A DNA stretch of 64,000 nt from an uncultured Planctomycetia bacterium (GTDB taxonomy: Bacteria; Omnitrophota; Gorgyraeia; Velamenicoccales; Velamenicoccaceae), in contig CAZCSY010000001.1 of assembly GCA_964501505.1 (NCBI GenBank), positions 4,962-68,961 on the forward strand, written 5' to 3'. Below, piece by piece: positions 41,994 through 51,509 of this stretch. Numbering within the stretch: position 1 is the first letter of the stretch; every line of letters begins with the position of its first letter. A program made the translations under genes and the position numbers. The notes beneath the pieces were generated by a model. It searched no databases. It was not told the DNA's origin and saw only the letters and a list, made by a program, of their open reading frames with translations.

Positions 41994-42155
41994 ATGGCTA
42001 AACTCAAGAAAGGGATGCGGCTGGCGTGTGTGCCGTGCGGCCGCCGGGTGGTCGTCGATGCGTGCGGCGCCTCGACGCAGACCATCTGGTGCTGCGGCAA
42101 GCCCATGGCTCCTACGCGCGGCGCCTCAAAGAAGACAAAAAAGCGCAGCCGCTAG
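41994..42155 (+). CDS. desulforedoxin-like small metal-binding protein (53 aa)
   Basis: Not in the ORF track (<60 aa). RBS aaaggggaag. MAKLKKGMRLACVPCGRRVVVDACGASTQTIWCCGKPM.. has the CxxC..x15..CCGxxM pattern of desulforedoxin domains. Confidence 0.55.
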   Translation: MAKLKKGMRLACVPCGRRVVVDACGASTQTIWCCGKPMAPTRGASKKTKKRSR

Positions 42156-42218
42156 AGCCGCACGCTCTTTGCTTACCTTTTTCACTTCACCTTACGATCA
42201 GAGGATCCGTCGGGGACC

Positions 42219-42953
42219 ATGGGGTGTCTTCACAGCGGGAGGAGTGTCTCTTTATCTGGTCGTGTCGTTGCCTGTGCGTTTCTCCTGACTCTCGTCGTCT
42301 TCCTTCACGTCCCTCTTTTAACGGCTCAACAGTCCGGAGGATCTAAGGTAGTGCGGTTACCCGACCCACAAGAGGACGGCGGCCTTTCTCTCGAAAAGAC
42401 GCTCGCGGGGCGCCGTTCCGTGAGAAGCTATAAAAACGACTCCCTGTCTTTAACACAGCTGGGTCAGCTTCTTTGGGCGGCGCAGGGCCAGACGCATCCG
42501 CGAGGGTTTAGGACAGCGCCGTCGGCCGGCGCCACGTACCCGCTCGAGCTCTACGTGGCGGTGGGACACGTTGAAGGGTTGGCGCCGGGCGTCTACCGCT
42601 ATACATCAAAGGATCATGCCTTAATTTTATGCAAGGACGTAGACGTGCGTTCGGACATGGCCCGGGCCAGCTACGGACAGAGTTGGGTCGCCGGCGCACC
42701 CGTCCTTTTTATCATCACAGCGGATTATAAGCGCACGACAGGACGCTACGGCACGCGGGGCGGGGTCTACGTCGCCATCGAGGCGGGGTGCGCGTCACAA
42801 AATATCGCGCTGGAAGCCGTGGCAGGGGGGCTGGGGTCGGTCATCGTCGGGGCCTTTGACGACGCCGGCGTGAAGGCCGCAGCCGGCCTGCCGGCGGAAG
42901 AAGAGCCTTTGTTGTATATGCCTGTGGGTGTTCCTGATCAGGTGCAGGGTTAA
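42219..42953 (+). CDS. SagB/ThcOx-type nitroreductase-family protein with N-terminal hydrophobic anchor
   Basis: ..RRSVRSY..LGQLLWAAQG..RTAPSAGATYPLELYV.. Confidence 0.75.
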   Translation: MGCLHSGRSVSLSGRVVACAFLLTLVVFLHVPLLTAQQSGGSKVVRLPDPQEDGGLSLEKTLAGRRSVRSYKNDSLSLTQLGQLLWAAQGQTHPRGFRTAPSAGATYPLELYVAVGHVEGLAPGVYRYTSKDHALILCKDVDVRSDMARASYGQSWVAGAPVLFIITADYKRTTGRYGTRGGVYVAIEAGCASQNIALEAVAGGLGSVIVGAFDDAGVKAAAGLPAEEEPLLYMPVGVPDQVQG

Positions 42954-43021
42954 GGGCGCGGCTGAGGGAGCCTCGGATATTTTCGTGCATTATCGAAGTT
43001 CTAACGGCAAAAGGAGGGGGT

Positions 43022-43660
43022 ATGGGGGCAAGACATTTTTTGGGGATGCTGTTGGTGTCGGTCTTCGCGATGAGCGCCTCTGGTTGTGCAACGATTGACA
43101 AGCTGAAGCGTGCAGACGCCTTGGAACGGGAAAACATGCGCCTCCGGCAAGACCTGGAGGGCTTGCAGCAGGAACGCGATACGGCCCTGGAGCGGGCCCG
43201 CAAGGACCTCGCCCGCATCTTTGAACAGGAACTTGGAGAATACAAGGCCAAGCTCGAGATGACCGAGCGCGGCCTCGTCCTGACCTTTTTAGCAGAGGTC
43301 TTCTTTGATTCCGGCAAGGCCGAGGTGCGCCAGGAGGGTAAAGGGGTCCTGAATAAGGTGGCCAAGGTCTTGAAGGAGGACGTCCCGGCTTCGCTCGTCG
43401 CCATCGAGGGGCATACCGATTCAGACCCCATCAAGCACTCTGACTGGAAGTCGAATTGGGAGCTCTCCACGGCCCGCGCCCTTGCCGTGCTGCACTATTT
43501 CGTCGATGAAGGCGGCGTGACGCCGGACAGGCTCTCTGCGGTCGGCTACGGCGAGTACCGTCCCGTGGCCTCCAACGAGACCGCCGACGGCAAGAAGAGG
43601 AACCGGCGCGTCGAGATCGTCATCCTGCCGTCCAAGATGAAGAAGGTCAAGGCAGACTAG
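43022..43660 (+). CDS. OmpA/MotB-family lipoprotein
   Basis: Lipobox SASGCAT, a coiled coil, then ..IEGHTDSDPI..NWELSTARALAV..NRRVEIVI. Confidence 0.85.
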   Translation: MGARHFLGMLLVSVFAMSASGCATIDKLKRADALERENMRLRQDLEGLQQERDTALERARKDLARIFEQELGEYKAKLEMTERGLVLTFLAEVFFDSGKAEVRQEGKGVLNKVAKVLKEDVPASLVAIEGHTDSDPIKHSDWKSNWELSTARALAVLHYFVDEGGVTPDRLSAVGYGEYRPVASNETADGKKRNRRVEIVILPSKMKKVKAD

Positions 43661-43720
43661 CCTGTCTCTTTGAGGCAACACGCTGTCCCCAAAGGCGCGG
43701 TCTGCTCTTCGGGGGCAATA

Positions 43721-43751
43721 AAAAAGGCGCCTCTTCAAGAGGCGCCTTTTT
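43721..43751. terminator. bidirectional intrinsic terminator between convergent genes
   Basis: AAAAA-GGCGCCTCTT..AAGAGGCGCC-TTTTT. Confidence 0.75.
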
Positions 43752-43851
43752 CTCTTACCTGTCTTTCACGAGCGCATGGTCACTCGGACCTTCTGCGCTT
43801 AGATCATCCCTGATGCCCTCCGGCGTATCGGCATATCAGCCCCTCACCGAT

Positions 43852-45276
43852 CTATGATTTTTCACAAAGTCTCTTCATGATCGCTTGGGCGGCTCTCTTG
43901 GCCATCCCCATGGCTTCAATGACAGTCCCTTCCCCTCCCACGATATCGCCGCCCGCAAAGACATTTTTCATGGACGTTTCCATGGTCTGGGGATCGACCA
44001 CCACATTTCCATATTCATCGACCTTGAGGGCCGGCGTCGCCTTTGTCAGGATCGCGTTCGCCTCGAGACCGATCGCGATAACGGCCAGGTCGCAATCCAA
44101 TTCAAAGTCGCTCCCTTTTATCTCTATCGGTCTTCGTCGTCCGGAGCCGTCAGGTTCACCCAGTTCGCACCTGAGGCATCTGACCCGTCTCACAAAACCG
44201 TTCCCGTCGCCGCTGAAGGCCTCGGGCTTGACCAAAAGATTGAATTTTACTCCTTCTTCCCCGGCGTGCTCTATCTCGAGACGGCGCGCCGGCATTTCTA
44301 CTTGCGTCCGACGATAAAGTATCGTCGTATCGGGTCTGATCCCGTTCATCTTCTGGAGCCTTAGGGCTACTCTCGCCGCATCCATGGCGGTATTCCCGCC
44401 GCCGATGACGACGACGTGCTCACCGATATTGACGGGGGTATGGTAATGGGGGAATTGATAAGCGGACATCAGGTTGACGCGGGTAAGGAACTCATTCGCG
44501 GAATAGACGTTAGAGAGGTTTTCTCCGGTAATCCGCAAAAATGACGGCGTGCCGGCGCCCAGGCCCAGAAAAACGGCGGCATAGCCTTCCCTGAAGAGTC
44601 CGTCGAGCGCCCTGGTCTTGCCGATGATGCAATTCGGGATAATCTCGACGCCGAGCTTTTTCAGATAATCGATTTCAAGATCCAGGACGTTTCGGGGCAG
44701 CCTGAAAGGAGGGATCCCATAGCGCAAGACGCCTCCGGAATCGTGCAGGCCCTCAAAGACGGTCACCTTCATTCCTTGCCTCGCAAGCTCCCCGGCACAA
44801 CACAGGCCGGCAGGGCCGGATCCGACGACCGCCACCCTGAAACGGGAAAAACCCTCGGTATCCCGGACGGGGACCCTCAGCTCATGGGCCATCCCGTAGT
44901 CGCCGATAAACCTTTCGAGGAAATGAATATTGATGGCCTCTTCGGAGGCAAAGGGCATGCCTTTCTTGGTCAGGACACACGTCTTGCGGCACTGATATTC
45001 CGCCGGGCACACCCGGCCGCACATCGAGGGAAAGTCATTCCTTTGCCTGATGGTAACGTATGCGCCGGCATAGTCCTTCTCGGTGATCTGACGTATAAAT
45101 TCTTTTATATCTATGCCGACCGGACAGCCGGCGCTGCACTGCGGATCCTTGCATTGAAGGCAACGCATGGCCTCCCGCAGCGCCTCTTGTTCGCCATACC
45201 CCTCCACGACCTCTTCGAAACCAGAAATCCTTGAGGCGGCGTCTTTCTCTTTGATCTTAACCGGCCCTTTTCTCAT
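43852..45276 (-). CDS. nfnB: GltD-like NADPH-dependent oxidoreductase large subunit (NfnB/SudA type)
   Basis: N-terminal Fe-S Cys motifs (CLQCKDPQCSAGCP), VAVVGSGPAGL and ..VVVIGGGNTAMD... Paired with a DHOD-electron-transfer-like subunit. Confidence 0.8.
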   Translation of the reverse strand: MRKGPVKIKEKDAASRISGFEEVVEGYGEQEALREAMRCLQCKDPQCSAGCPVGIDIKEFIRQITEKDYAGAYVTIRQRNDFPSMCGRVCPAEYQCRKTCVLTKKGMPFASEEAINIHFLERFIGDYGMAHELRVPVRDTEGFSRFRVAVVGSGPAGLCCAGELARQGMKVTVFEGLHDSGGVLRYGIPPFRLPRNVLDLEIDYLKKLGVEIIPNCIIGKTRALDGLFREGYAAVFLGLGAGTPSFLRITGENLSNVYSANEFLTRVNLMSAYQFPHYHTPVNIGEHVVVIGGGNTAMDAARVALRLQKMNGIRPDTTILYRRTQVEMPARRLEIEHAGEEGVKFNLLVKPEAFSGDGNGFVRRVRCLRCELGEPDGSGRRRPIEIKGSDFELDCDLAVIAIGLEANAILTKATPALKVDEYGNVVVDPQTMETSMKNVFAGGDIVGGEGTVIEAMGMAKRAAQAIMKRLCEKS

Positions 45277-45285
45277 CTTGTTTCA

Positions 45286-46113
45286 TCAGAGACTATTAAG
45301 ACGACAGATGTGTTTTTCTTTTTGTGCGTATCTATTGTTGCGTTTCATCAATTCGTCCCAGTCAACGGCGTGCGCATCAAATTCGGGACCATCGACGCAG
45401 CTAAACCTGGTCTTTCCCCCGACGCTGACCCGGCAACAACCGCACATTCCGGTCCCGTCGACCATGATGGCATTCAGGGAGACGAGGACGGGGCCGTTGT
45501 GGTTTTTTGTCACGTCTGAGACCTTCTTCATCATGGGCAGGGGACCCACGGCATACACCAGATCGCATTTTGTTCGTTCAAGAAGCTCTTGGAGCAGGTC
45601 GGTGGTGAAGCCTCTTCTGCCGTAGGAACCGTCGTCCGTCATTATGTGACATTCGTCGCAGACCTTTTTCATCTCGTCTTCGAGGATGAGGAGTTTTTTT
45701 GTGCGGGATCCCAGGATGGCGATGACGTCGTTACCGGCGCCCTTCAGCGCCCTGGCGACCGGATATATCTCTGCTATGCCGACGCCTCCGCCGACCACGA
45801 TGACCCGTCCGTATTTCTTGATCGGCGTGGGATGCCCCAGCGGACCCACGAGCGCATAGAGCTCATCCCCGACCTCGGCGCGGCCCAAGAGCGCCGTGGT
45901 CAGGCCCGCCTCCTGAACGATGAGCCTCAGAACGCCCTTTTGCGCGTCGGCATCCACGACGGTCAAGGGGATCCGTTCACCCTCCTTTTTGACCATGAGC
46001 ACGACAAACTGCCCCGCTTTTGAATTTTTGGCGATTTCCGGCGAAGAGATGTCAAGCCTGAAAATACGGGTACCCTGAGCGTCTGCCAGGATTTTTTTAT
46101 TTAAGATCTTCAT
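45286..46113 (-). CDS. nfnA: FAD/NAD-binding ferredoxin-reductase-like small subunit (NfnA/SudB type)
   Basis: ..RIPLTV..VVGGGVGIAEIYP.. and a C-terminal CGCCRV 2Fe-2S motif. Confidence 0.8.
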   Translation of the reverse strand: MKILNKKILADAQGTRIFRLDISSPEIAKNSKAGQFVVLMVKKEGERIPLTVVDADAQKGVLRLIVQEAGLTTALLGRAEVGDELYALVGPLGHPTPIKKYGRVIVVGGGVGIAEIYPVARALKGAGNDVIAILGSRTKKLLILEDEMKKVCDECHIMTDDGSYGRRGFTTDLLQELLERTKCDLVYAVGPLPMMKKVSDVTKNHNGPVLVSLNAIMVDGTGMCGCCRVSVGGKTRFSCVDGPEFDAHAVDWDELMKRNNRYAQKEKHICRLNSL

Positions 46114-46164
46114 GACGCGTTCTTACCGGATCTCTGGGCGATTTGCCTTTTTTAAGCAGGATAT

Positions 46165-46198
46165 CAGAAAAAAGACGTCCTTTCCTATGGACGTCTTT
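46165..46198 (-). terminator. intrinsic terminator on the minus strand upstream of nfnA
   Basis: Minus strand: GGACGTC-loop-GACGTCC (A/T-extended) followed by a T-run. Confidence 0.5.
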
Positions 46199-46845
46199 GT
46201 CTCATGCGTACGCAATCCTTCCTGCAGAAATATATTAGATAAAATAATACACTGTTTACCTTTTTTGTCAACCTTAAATGTGCTGCGGCCGCCGTTTATT
46301 TGTTTCGCTCGAGGCTGCGGCACCGGATGGCTTCAGCGACGGTGACCGCGGCGATGATCCCCGGCTTTGCCGCCAGGAACATCCAGGGCTTGGTGAGCCT
46401 GTTGAAGGAGGCCGAAGAGATCCCGGCACGCCGTACGTCATGGATGCGTATCGCAAGGAAGCCGGAAAGATCCTCAGTTTGCATATAACATATAAAGAGA
46501 AAGAAGCGCGAAGACCAAATGGACAGGGATCCGATTGGAGACCAGCCTGTTTTTCTGCGTCAGGCCGGCGGCGACGGTCCTTCTGGTGCCGTGAAGCACG
46601 TTATGTCAGGGTAACAATTCAATATAATATTATATTCTACTTTAAGTATATTATTATATAATATATTATATAAATAGTAAGAAGTGAGTTCTGCTAGGGA
46701 ATATGTCAAGCGAAATTTCTCAAGGAGAGGACCGTTTGGGCCATAGGTCTTCAGGGAACGCGAGAGAAGGCGCAGACATCTTCGCATTAAAATGTTTGCC
46801 GGAAAAGCCCTTCGAGCCTCTGGAGGACCTTTTTTGTGATAAGAT

Positions 46846-47022
46846 ATGCGAGGGTCCGGGGAGAGATGCGGCCTTTGTTTTCCGCAGAAGATCGGCATCG
46901 AAGGCACGAGCTCGGGATTTTCGATTATTTACAATATCGTCAAATCACACAAGGGCACCATCGAGGCCCAGAGCACGCAAGGCCAGGGGACTACCTTCGT
47001 GGTCCGTCTGCCGGTCCCTTAG
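46846..47022 (+). pseudogene. remnant of a histidine-kinase C-terminus (HATPase_c G2 box region)
   Basis: ..GTSSGFSIIYNIVKSHKGTIEAQSTQGQGTTFVVRLPVP* resembles GTGLGLSI..HGG.I...S..G.GT.F...LP. There are stops directly upstream in frame, an FEP-like segment in another frame, and no sensor or DHp part. Confidence 0.55.
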
Positions 47023-47084
47023 ACAGGGCCCTGCGTGCGATACGGGCAGGGGTATCCGTCTTCAAATAACACAGGGGGGAGAGA

Positions 47085-48374
47085 ATGGTCAAGGTGCGGG
47101 GAATTGCCTGCGCGGTTCTTTTTTTGTCTTTTTGTTCAGTCCAGACCGCCCGGGGCGATGAACTTTCTGATCTAAAAAAACACCTGGAGGTTCTGCAGAG
47201 ACAGATCGAGGAGCAGGCAAGACAGATGGGCCAGATGCAGCGCAGGATCGAAGAGCTGGAGGCGCAAGGGGCGGCAAGGATTCAGTCGCCCGAAGAGGTG
47301 GCAGAGAGGATAACCGCCACAGAAGAGAAACTGGAGAAACCCCCTAAAGGCGGCCTTCTGTCGCTGAAAGACGCAAGGTTTGAGATAGGGGGAGAGTTGG
47401 AGCTTGAGTTTGTCAATACGCAGGATGATACCTCTATAAGCGAACCCGAGCCGCATTTTCAGCTTGATAAGTTTGTCTTGAGCCCCAGGATCCATCTCGC
47501 CGATAACGTGGCGCTCAACGCGGATATCGAGATGACCCAGAGCGACATCACGGTATGCGTGGCGACCCTCAATTTTTCCGACCTCGTGTTTGATTCCGAA
47601 CTAAAGATAGGCCTGGACAGCCGGTTTATCGCAGCTTCACGCAAGACGGAGGCCTACCCTCTGATAGGCAATGCCTTTTGGAGGGACGAGGAGATCGGCG
47701 TGACCTGGTCGATGGAGAGAAAGCCGTTCTACGGCGTTCTCTCCGTTTCCCAGGGGCTTGAGTTGGATACGAAGGCGGTAGGTGAAGACAACTCCTACAG
47801 GATGCTCCAAGATAATACGCTCCTCGGCAGCTATGGAGGGGTGAAGGAAGTGGGGGTCGGTCTGGGGGTGGTCAAAGAGTTGGGACGGGGCGGCGCCGTT
47901 GATGTCCTGGGCTTCGGATATTTCAATGAATTGAGCGATGCCGACATCGCTTTTCTAAAGTCAAACCTGTCGAGCTATAATTCCAATGAGGAAAGGCAGT
48001 GCCGGACCGGCCTCAATCTGAAATACGATCTGGGAAATTTCAACTTTTTCACCCAGTACATCACCGCCCGGGACGGGGATCTTTCGCGATACGGCTGGTA
48101 TGTCCAGCCTTCCTATAAGGTGACGCTGCCCGTGGGGTGGAAGTATTTCAAGACACACGACTTGCTGGTCAGATACGGCCGGTACAATGTGAACACGCCC
48201 AAGGCCTTCAGCCTGCCTGCCACGTGGGACAGGGAAGAGTTGCTGTTCGCTGTCATAACGGACGTGATGCAGAACGTAAAATTGAAGACCGAATACTCCA
48301 TCAACGACGAAAAGACCGGCAACGGAGCCGTGAGAAATGATGAGCTGCTGATGCAGTTGGAAGTCAGTTTTTAA
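47085..48374 (+). CDS. outer-membrane porin-like protein with N-terminal coiled coil
   Basis: Signal peptide ..SVQTARG. The coiled coil LEVLQRQIEEQARQMGQMQRRIEELEAQ. Alternating beta-strand pattern. C-terminal ..QLEVSF. Confidence 0.7.
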   Translation: MVKVRGIACAVLFLSFCSVQTARGDELSDLKKHLEVLQRQIEEQARQMGQMQRRIEELEAQGAARIQSPEEVAERITATEEKLEKPPKGGLLSLKDARFEIGGELELEFVNTQDDTSISEPEPHFQLDKFVLSPRIHLADNVALNADIEMTQSDITVCVATLNFSDLVFDSELKIGLDSRFIAASRKTEAYPLIGNAFWRDEEIGVTWSMERKPFYGVLSVSQGLELDTKAVGEDNSYRMLQDNTLLGSYGGVKEVGVGLGVVKELGRGGAVDVLGFGYFNELSDADIAFLKSNLSSYNSNEERQCRTGLNLKYDLGNFNFFTQYITARDGDLSRYGWYVQPSYKVTLPVGWKYFKTHDLLVRYGRYNVNTPKAFSLPATWDREELLFAVITDVMQNVKLKTEYSINDEKTGNGAVRNDELLMQLEVSF

Positions 48375-48403
48375 TCAGCATGTATCCCGACGCTCCAAGG
48401 GCT

Positions 48404-48667
48404 TTAGCCCGGGTGGGGACTCCCATTAAAAATAGGACAGGCACCATTTTTTAGAGACACCCTTTCCTGACCGATGGCGCGGAATGTCTTGAAGTTTTGA
48501 AGAATCTCCCTTGCCAGGTCCATCGCGCTTTCCCCTTTTGAGCCCGTCTGCAGAATAATCGCCAACAGCCCGGAATCGCTCAAGGTAGGCCCTCCGTTTT
48601 TCAACAATTTTTCTCTCGGCCGGTCTTCCGGCGGCCAGTCATTTATGCGGGTCGTCATGGTCGGCAA
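48404..48667 (-). pseudogene. truncated RadC-like gene (N-terminal part only)
   Basis: ..[43 protein letters not shown].. matches the RadC N-terminus. The ORF ends after 87 aa with no JAB/MPN domain. Confidence 0.6.
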
Positions 48668-48700
48668 CGTAGGTAGGAACCAGGTTTCGGAGCGCGGTTG

Positions 48701-50248
48701 CTAACGAAAGAGTTCCCTGTCCAGGCCCCTGTATTGTATCGCCTCTGAGAGATGCTCCGTTTTAATTTGCTCAGATCCTGCCAGATCGGCTATGGTCCTT
48801 GATATCTTCAATATCTTATCATAGGCCCTGGCACTGAAATTAAGTTCGGTCATTGCCATGCGTAACAGTTCATCCTCCTGTTTACCTAACACGCAGAATT
48901 TACGTACCTGTTTATGGCTCATCTGGGCATTACACAGAATACCTTCCTCCCGGAACCTCTTTCCTTGGATTGTGCGCGCTTTATTTACTCTTTCCTTTAT
49001 TTGAACAGAACTCTCAGCAGGTTGGGTGCTGGTCAATTCCTGATATCTTGCTGCCGGCACCTCTATGTGTATATCAATCCTGTCTAACAGAGGCCCGGAA
49101 ATCTTTCCCATATAGTTCTGAATCTTGTTAGGATTACATCTACAGGCCTTTTTAGGGTCGGTGTAGTAACCGCAGGGGCACGGGTTCATAGCGGCGACGA
49201 GCATGAAGCGGGCCGGAAAGACGAGCGTGCGCGCGGCGCGCGCTACCTGGATACGGCCGTCCTCCAGGGGCTGGCGCAGGAGTTCGAGGACGTTCCGGTG
49301 GAACTCCGGCAGTTCGTCCATAAAGAGGACGCCGTTGTGGGCGAGGGTGATCTCGCCGGGATGGGGGTTGGAGCCGCCTCCGACGAGGGCGCTGTCCGAG
49401 GCCGTGTGGTGCGGAGCGCGGAAGGGACGCTTCTTCACGAGGCCCAGGCGGCTGTCCCTCAGGCGGCCGTCCGTCAGGCCGACGGCCGAGTGGATCTTTG
49501 TCGTCTCCAGCGCCTCTTCATGCGTCAGGTCCGGCAGGATCGTCGTCAGGCGCTTGGCGAGCATCGTCTTGCCGCTGCCCGGCGGGCCGATCAAGAGGAT
49601 ATTGTGGCCGCCGCTCGCGGCGACCTCCAGGGCGCGCTTTGCAGCTCCTTGCCCCTTGACGTCGCTGAAGTCTTCCTCAGGTTCAAGCGCCGTTGGCGGC
49701 CCGGCGTCCGGCGCCAGAGAGAAGGGCGCGATCATGCCGGGGTCGTAGAGAAAAGAGACAACTTCCCTGAGCGTTCTGACTCCGTAAACGTTGACGTCGC
49801 TGACGGCTGAGGCCTCGGCCGCGTTGCGTAGCGGAACGACAAGATTCCTGATGCGTCGTCTCTTGAGGGCCATAGCCATGGGCAGGGCTCCTTTGACCGG
49901 CCGGATCTCGCCGTTCAGGGCCAGCTCGCCCGCAAAGAAGGCGTCTTTCAGTATTGTCGGCTCGAGCTGCCCTGAGGCAGCGAGGATACCCAGGGTGATG
50001 GCCAGGTCAAAAGAGGAGCCTTCTTTTTTCAAGTCAGCCGGGGCCAGGTTGACCGTGATCCGGTCAGGGGGGAAGGTAAAACCGCTGTTTTTGATGCCGG
50101 CGCGGACCCGCTCCTTACTCTCCCGGACAGCCGAATCCGGCAGCCCTACAATGGAGACGTTCGGTAGGCCTCCGGTGACGTCCGCCTCAATCTCAACGCA
50201 GAGGGCGTTGATGCCGACCAAAGCAAAGGTATGCACCTTGGCGATCAT
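48701..50248 (-). CDS. comM: Mg-chelatase-like ATPase ComM/YifB
   Basis: Lon-like N-domain, GPPGSGKTM, ..LFMDELPEF.. and ..MNPCPCGY... The gene is intact despite an abrupt GC shift near 49.15-49.2 kb. Confidence 0.9.
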   Translation of the reverse strand: MIAKVHTFALVGINALCVEIEADVTGGLPNVSIVGLPDSAVRESKERVRAGIKNSGFTFPPDRITVNLAPADLKKEGSSFDLAITLGILAASGQLEPTILKDAFFAGELALNGEIRPVKGALPMAMALKRRRIRNLVVPLRNAAEASAVSDVNVYGVRTLREVVSFLYDPGMIAPFSLAPDAGPPTALEPEEDFSDVKGQGAAKRALEVAASGGHNILLIGPPGSGKTMLAKRLTTILPDLTHEEALETTKIHSAVGLTDGRLRDSRLGLVKKRPFRAPHHTASDSALVGGGSNPHPGEITLAHNGVLFMDELPEFHRNVLELLRQPLEDGRIQVARAARTLVFPARFMLVAAMNPCPCGYYTDPKKACRCNPNKIQNYMGKISGPLLDRIDIHIEVPAARYQELTSTQPAESSVQIKERVNKARTIQGKRFREEGILCNAQMSHKQVRKFCVLGKQEDELLRMAMTELNFSARAYDKILKISRTIADLAGSEQIKTEHLSEAIQYRGLDRELFR

Positions 50249-50268
50249 TTTAACAGACCCAAAAGCGC

Positions 50269-50297
50269 TTGATTTTTTTAGGGGTTATACCTATAAT
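50269..50297 (+). promoter_or_regulatory. sigma70-like promoter
   Basis: TTGATT (50269-50274), 17 nt, TATAAT (50292-50297). Confidence 0.5.
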
Positions 50298-50407
50298 AGG
50301 AAAACTGGTAGGTTCAGGAGGGAATAGAGCGGGAGGAAGAACCGACCTAGTAAAAATTTACCATGTCCCTCCGGGCCTGTCAACATAAAGTTTGGAGGCG
50401 GTGAGCC

Positions 50408-51040
50408 GTGAAGAACCTCTTTTTATGGGGCCTGACCCTTTTTCTGGCGGGCACAGCGGCTTTTGGGATCTATAAATCACTGGATCTGTTGGACAAGAAC
50501 GCTGACCTGGGACATTCCCTGGCGGTGTTGAACGGCCGCATCGAAGAGATGCGCCTGGCCATGAGGGAGGTCCAGGATCAGATTGCAGACAGCGGCCTGG
50601 TGAATGAACAGCTCAATAACGAGGTCGTTCATCTGAAGCAGAACCTGGCCGAGAAGGAAAAGAAGATCGGCCAGTATCATCGTTACGCCCTGCTGCTAAA
50701 GAAGAAGATGAACGACGTCAGCGAGGTCAACGCGGTGTTGGCCGAAGAGGGGCGCCAGACACGCGAACTCTTGATGCGGGTACGGCTTGAGAATCAGGAG
50801 ATGAGCAGGAAGTTGTCGTCGGTGAAGGAGCTCAGGCGGGCGATCCAGGAGTTGAAGCGAGGGGGGAGCGTGACGTCCCGCGGGAGGGTAACTTCCGCGA
50901 CGGCCTGGCGCACGCCGCTTCCGGACGCGGAGACGGTGATGGGCAACTGCGGTTTCCTCGTGCGTGACGGCGTCTCCACCTTCTACGATAAAGTGGACAT
51001 TCAGGTCCGTCCTGTCGAACAGGTGGTCCATCCTTCTTAA
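50408..51040 (+). CDS. membrane-anchored coiled-coil protein
   Basis: GTG start with RBS ggaggcgg. N-terminal TM LWGLTLFLAGTAAFGIY followed by heptad-rich sequence. Confidence 0.6.
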   Translation: MKNLFLWGLTLFLAGTAAFGIYKSLDLLDKNADLGHSLAVLNGRIEEMRLAMREVQDQIADSGLVNEQLNNEVVHLKQNLAEKEKKIGQYHRYALLLKKKMNDVSEVNAVLAEEGRQTRELLMRVRLENQEMSRKLSSVKELRRAIQELKRGGSVTSRGRVTSATAWRTPLPDAETVMGNCGFLVRDGVSTFYDKVDIQVRPVEQVVHPS

Positions 51041-51051
51041 GGGAGCATGTT

Positions 51052-51495
51052 GTGGACGGAATCTTTGCGCAGTTGTGGCAGAACCATATCCTGAAGGTTA
51101 CCCTTTTCGCCTGGGCCTTTGCCCAGACGCTGAAGGTGGCCTTGGGTGTCTTGCGGACCAAGCGCTTTGACTTCCGTTGGTTTATCGGGACGGGCGGGAT
51201 GCCGTCTGCGCACGCGGCGGGTTCCAGCGCCCTGGCGGTGGTCGTGGGTAGGGACCTGGGTTTCGAAAGGCCGGAGTTCGCGCTCGCGGCGGTGTTCGCC
51301 ATGGTGACGATGTTCGACGCGCAGGGGGTGCGGCGCGCCGCGGGCACCCAGGCCTCGATCCTGAACAAGGTCCTCGACGACATCTATTGGAAAGGGAGGA
51401 TCGAAGGGGACCGCCTGAAGGAACTGATCGGCCACACGCCCGTGGAGGTCTTTGCGGGATCGATTATCGGGATTTTACTGGCTTTAATCTTTTAA
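51052..51495 (+). CDS. divergent PAP2 / DUF212 family membrane protein
   Basis: ..GGMPSAHAAGSSALA..MFDAQGVRRAAG.. Confidence 0.75.
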   Translation: MDGIFAQLWQNHILKVTLFAWAFAQTLKVALGVLRTKRFDFRWFIGTGGMPSAHAAGSSALAVVVGRDLGFERPEFALAAVFAMVTMFDAQGVRRAAGTQASILNKVLDDIYWKGRIEGDRLKELIGHTPVEVFAGSIIGILLALIF

Positions 51496-51509
51496 TATCG
51501 GGGGGATGC

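Noticed and set aside
46296-46484. 62-aa minus-strand ORF (..KPGIIAAVTVAEAIRC..) as a real gene.
   Set aside because: It is short with no recognisable family and lies in a decayed region. It may be a remnant, but I cannot support a call.
46560-46907. 115-aa minus-strand ORF crossing the AT-rich tract.
   Set aside because: It reads through the 7% GC repeat (YYLYNILYNNILKVEYNIILN), which is a compositional artefact, and it is antisense to the kinase remnant.
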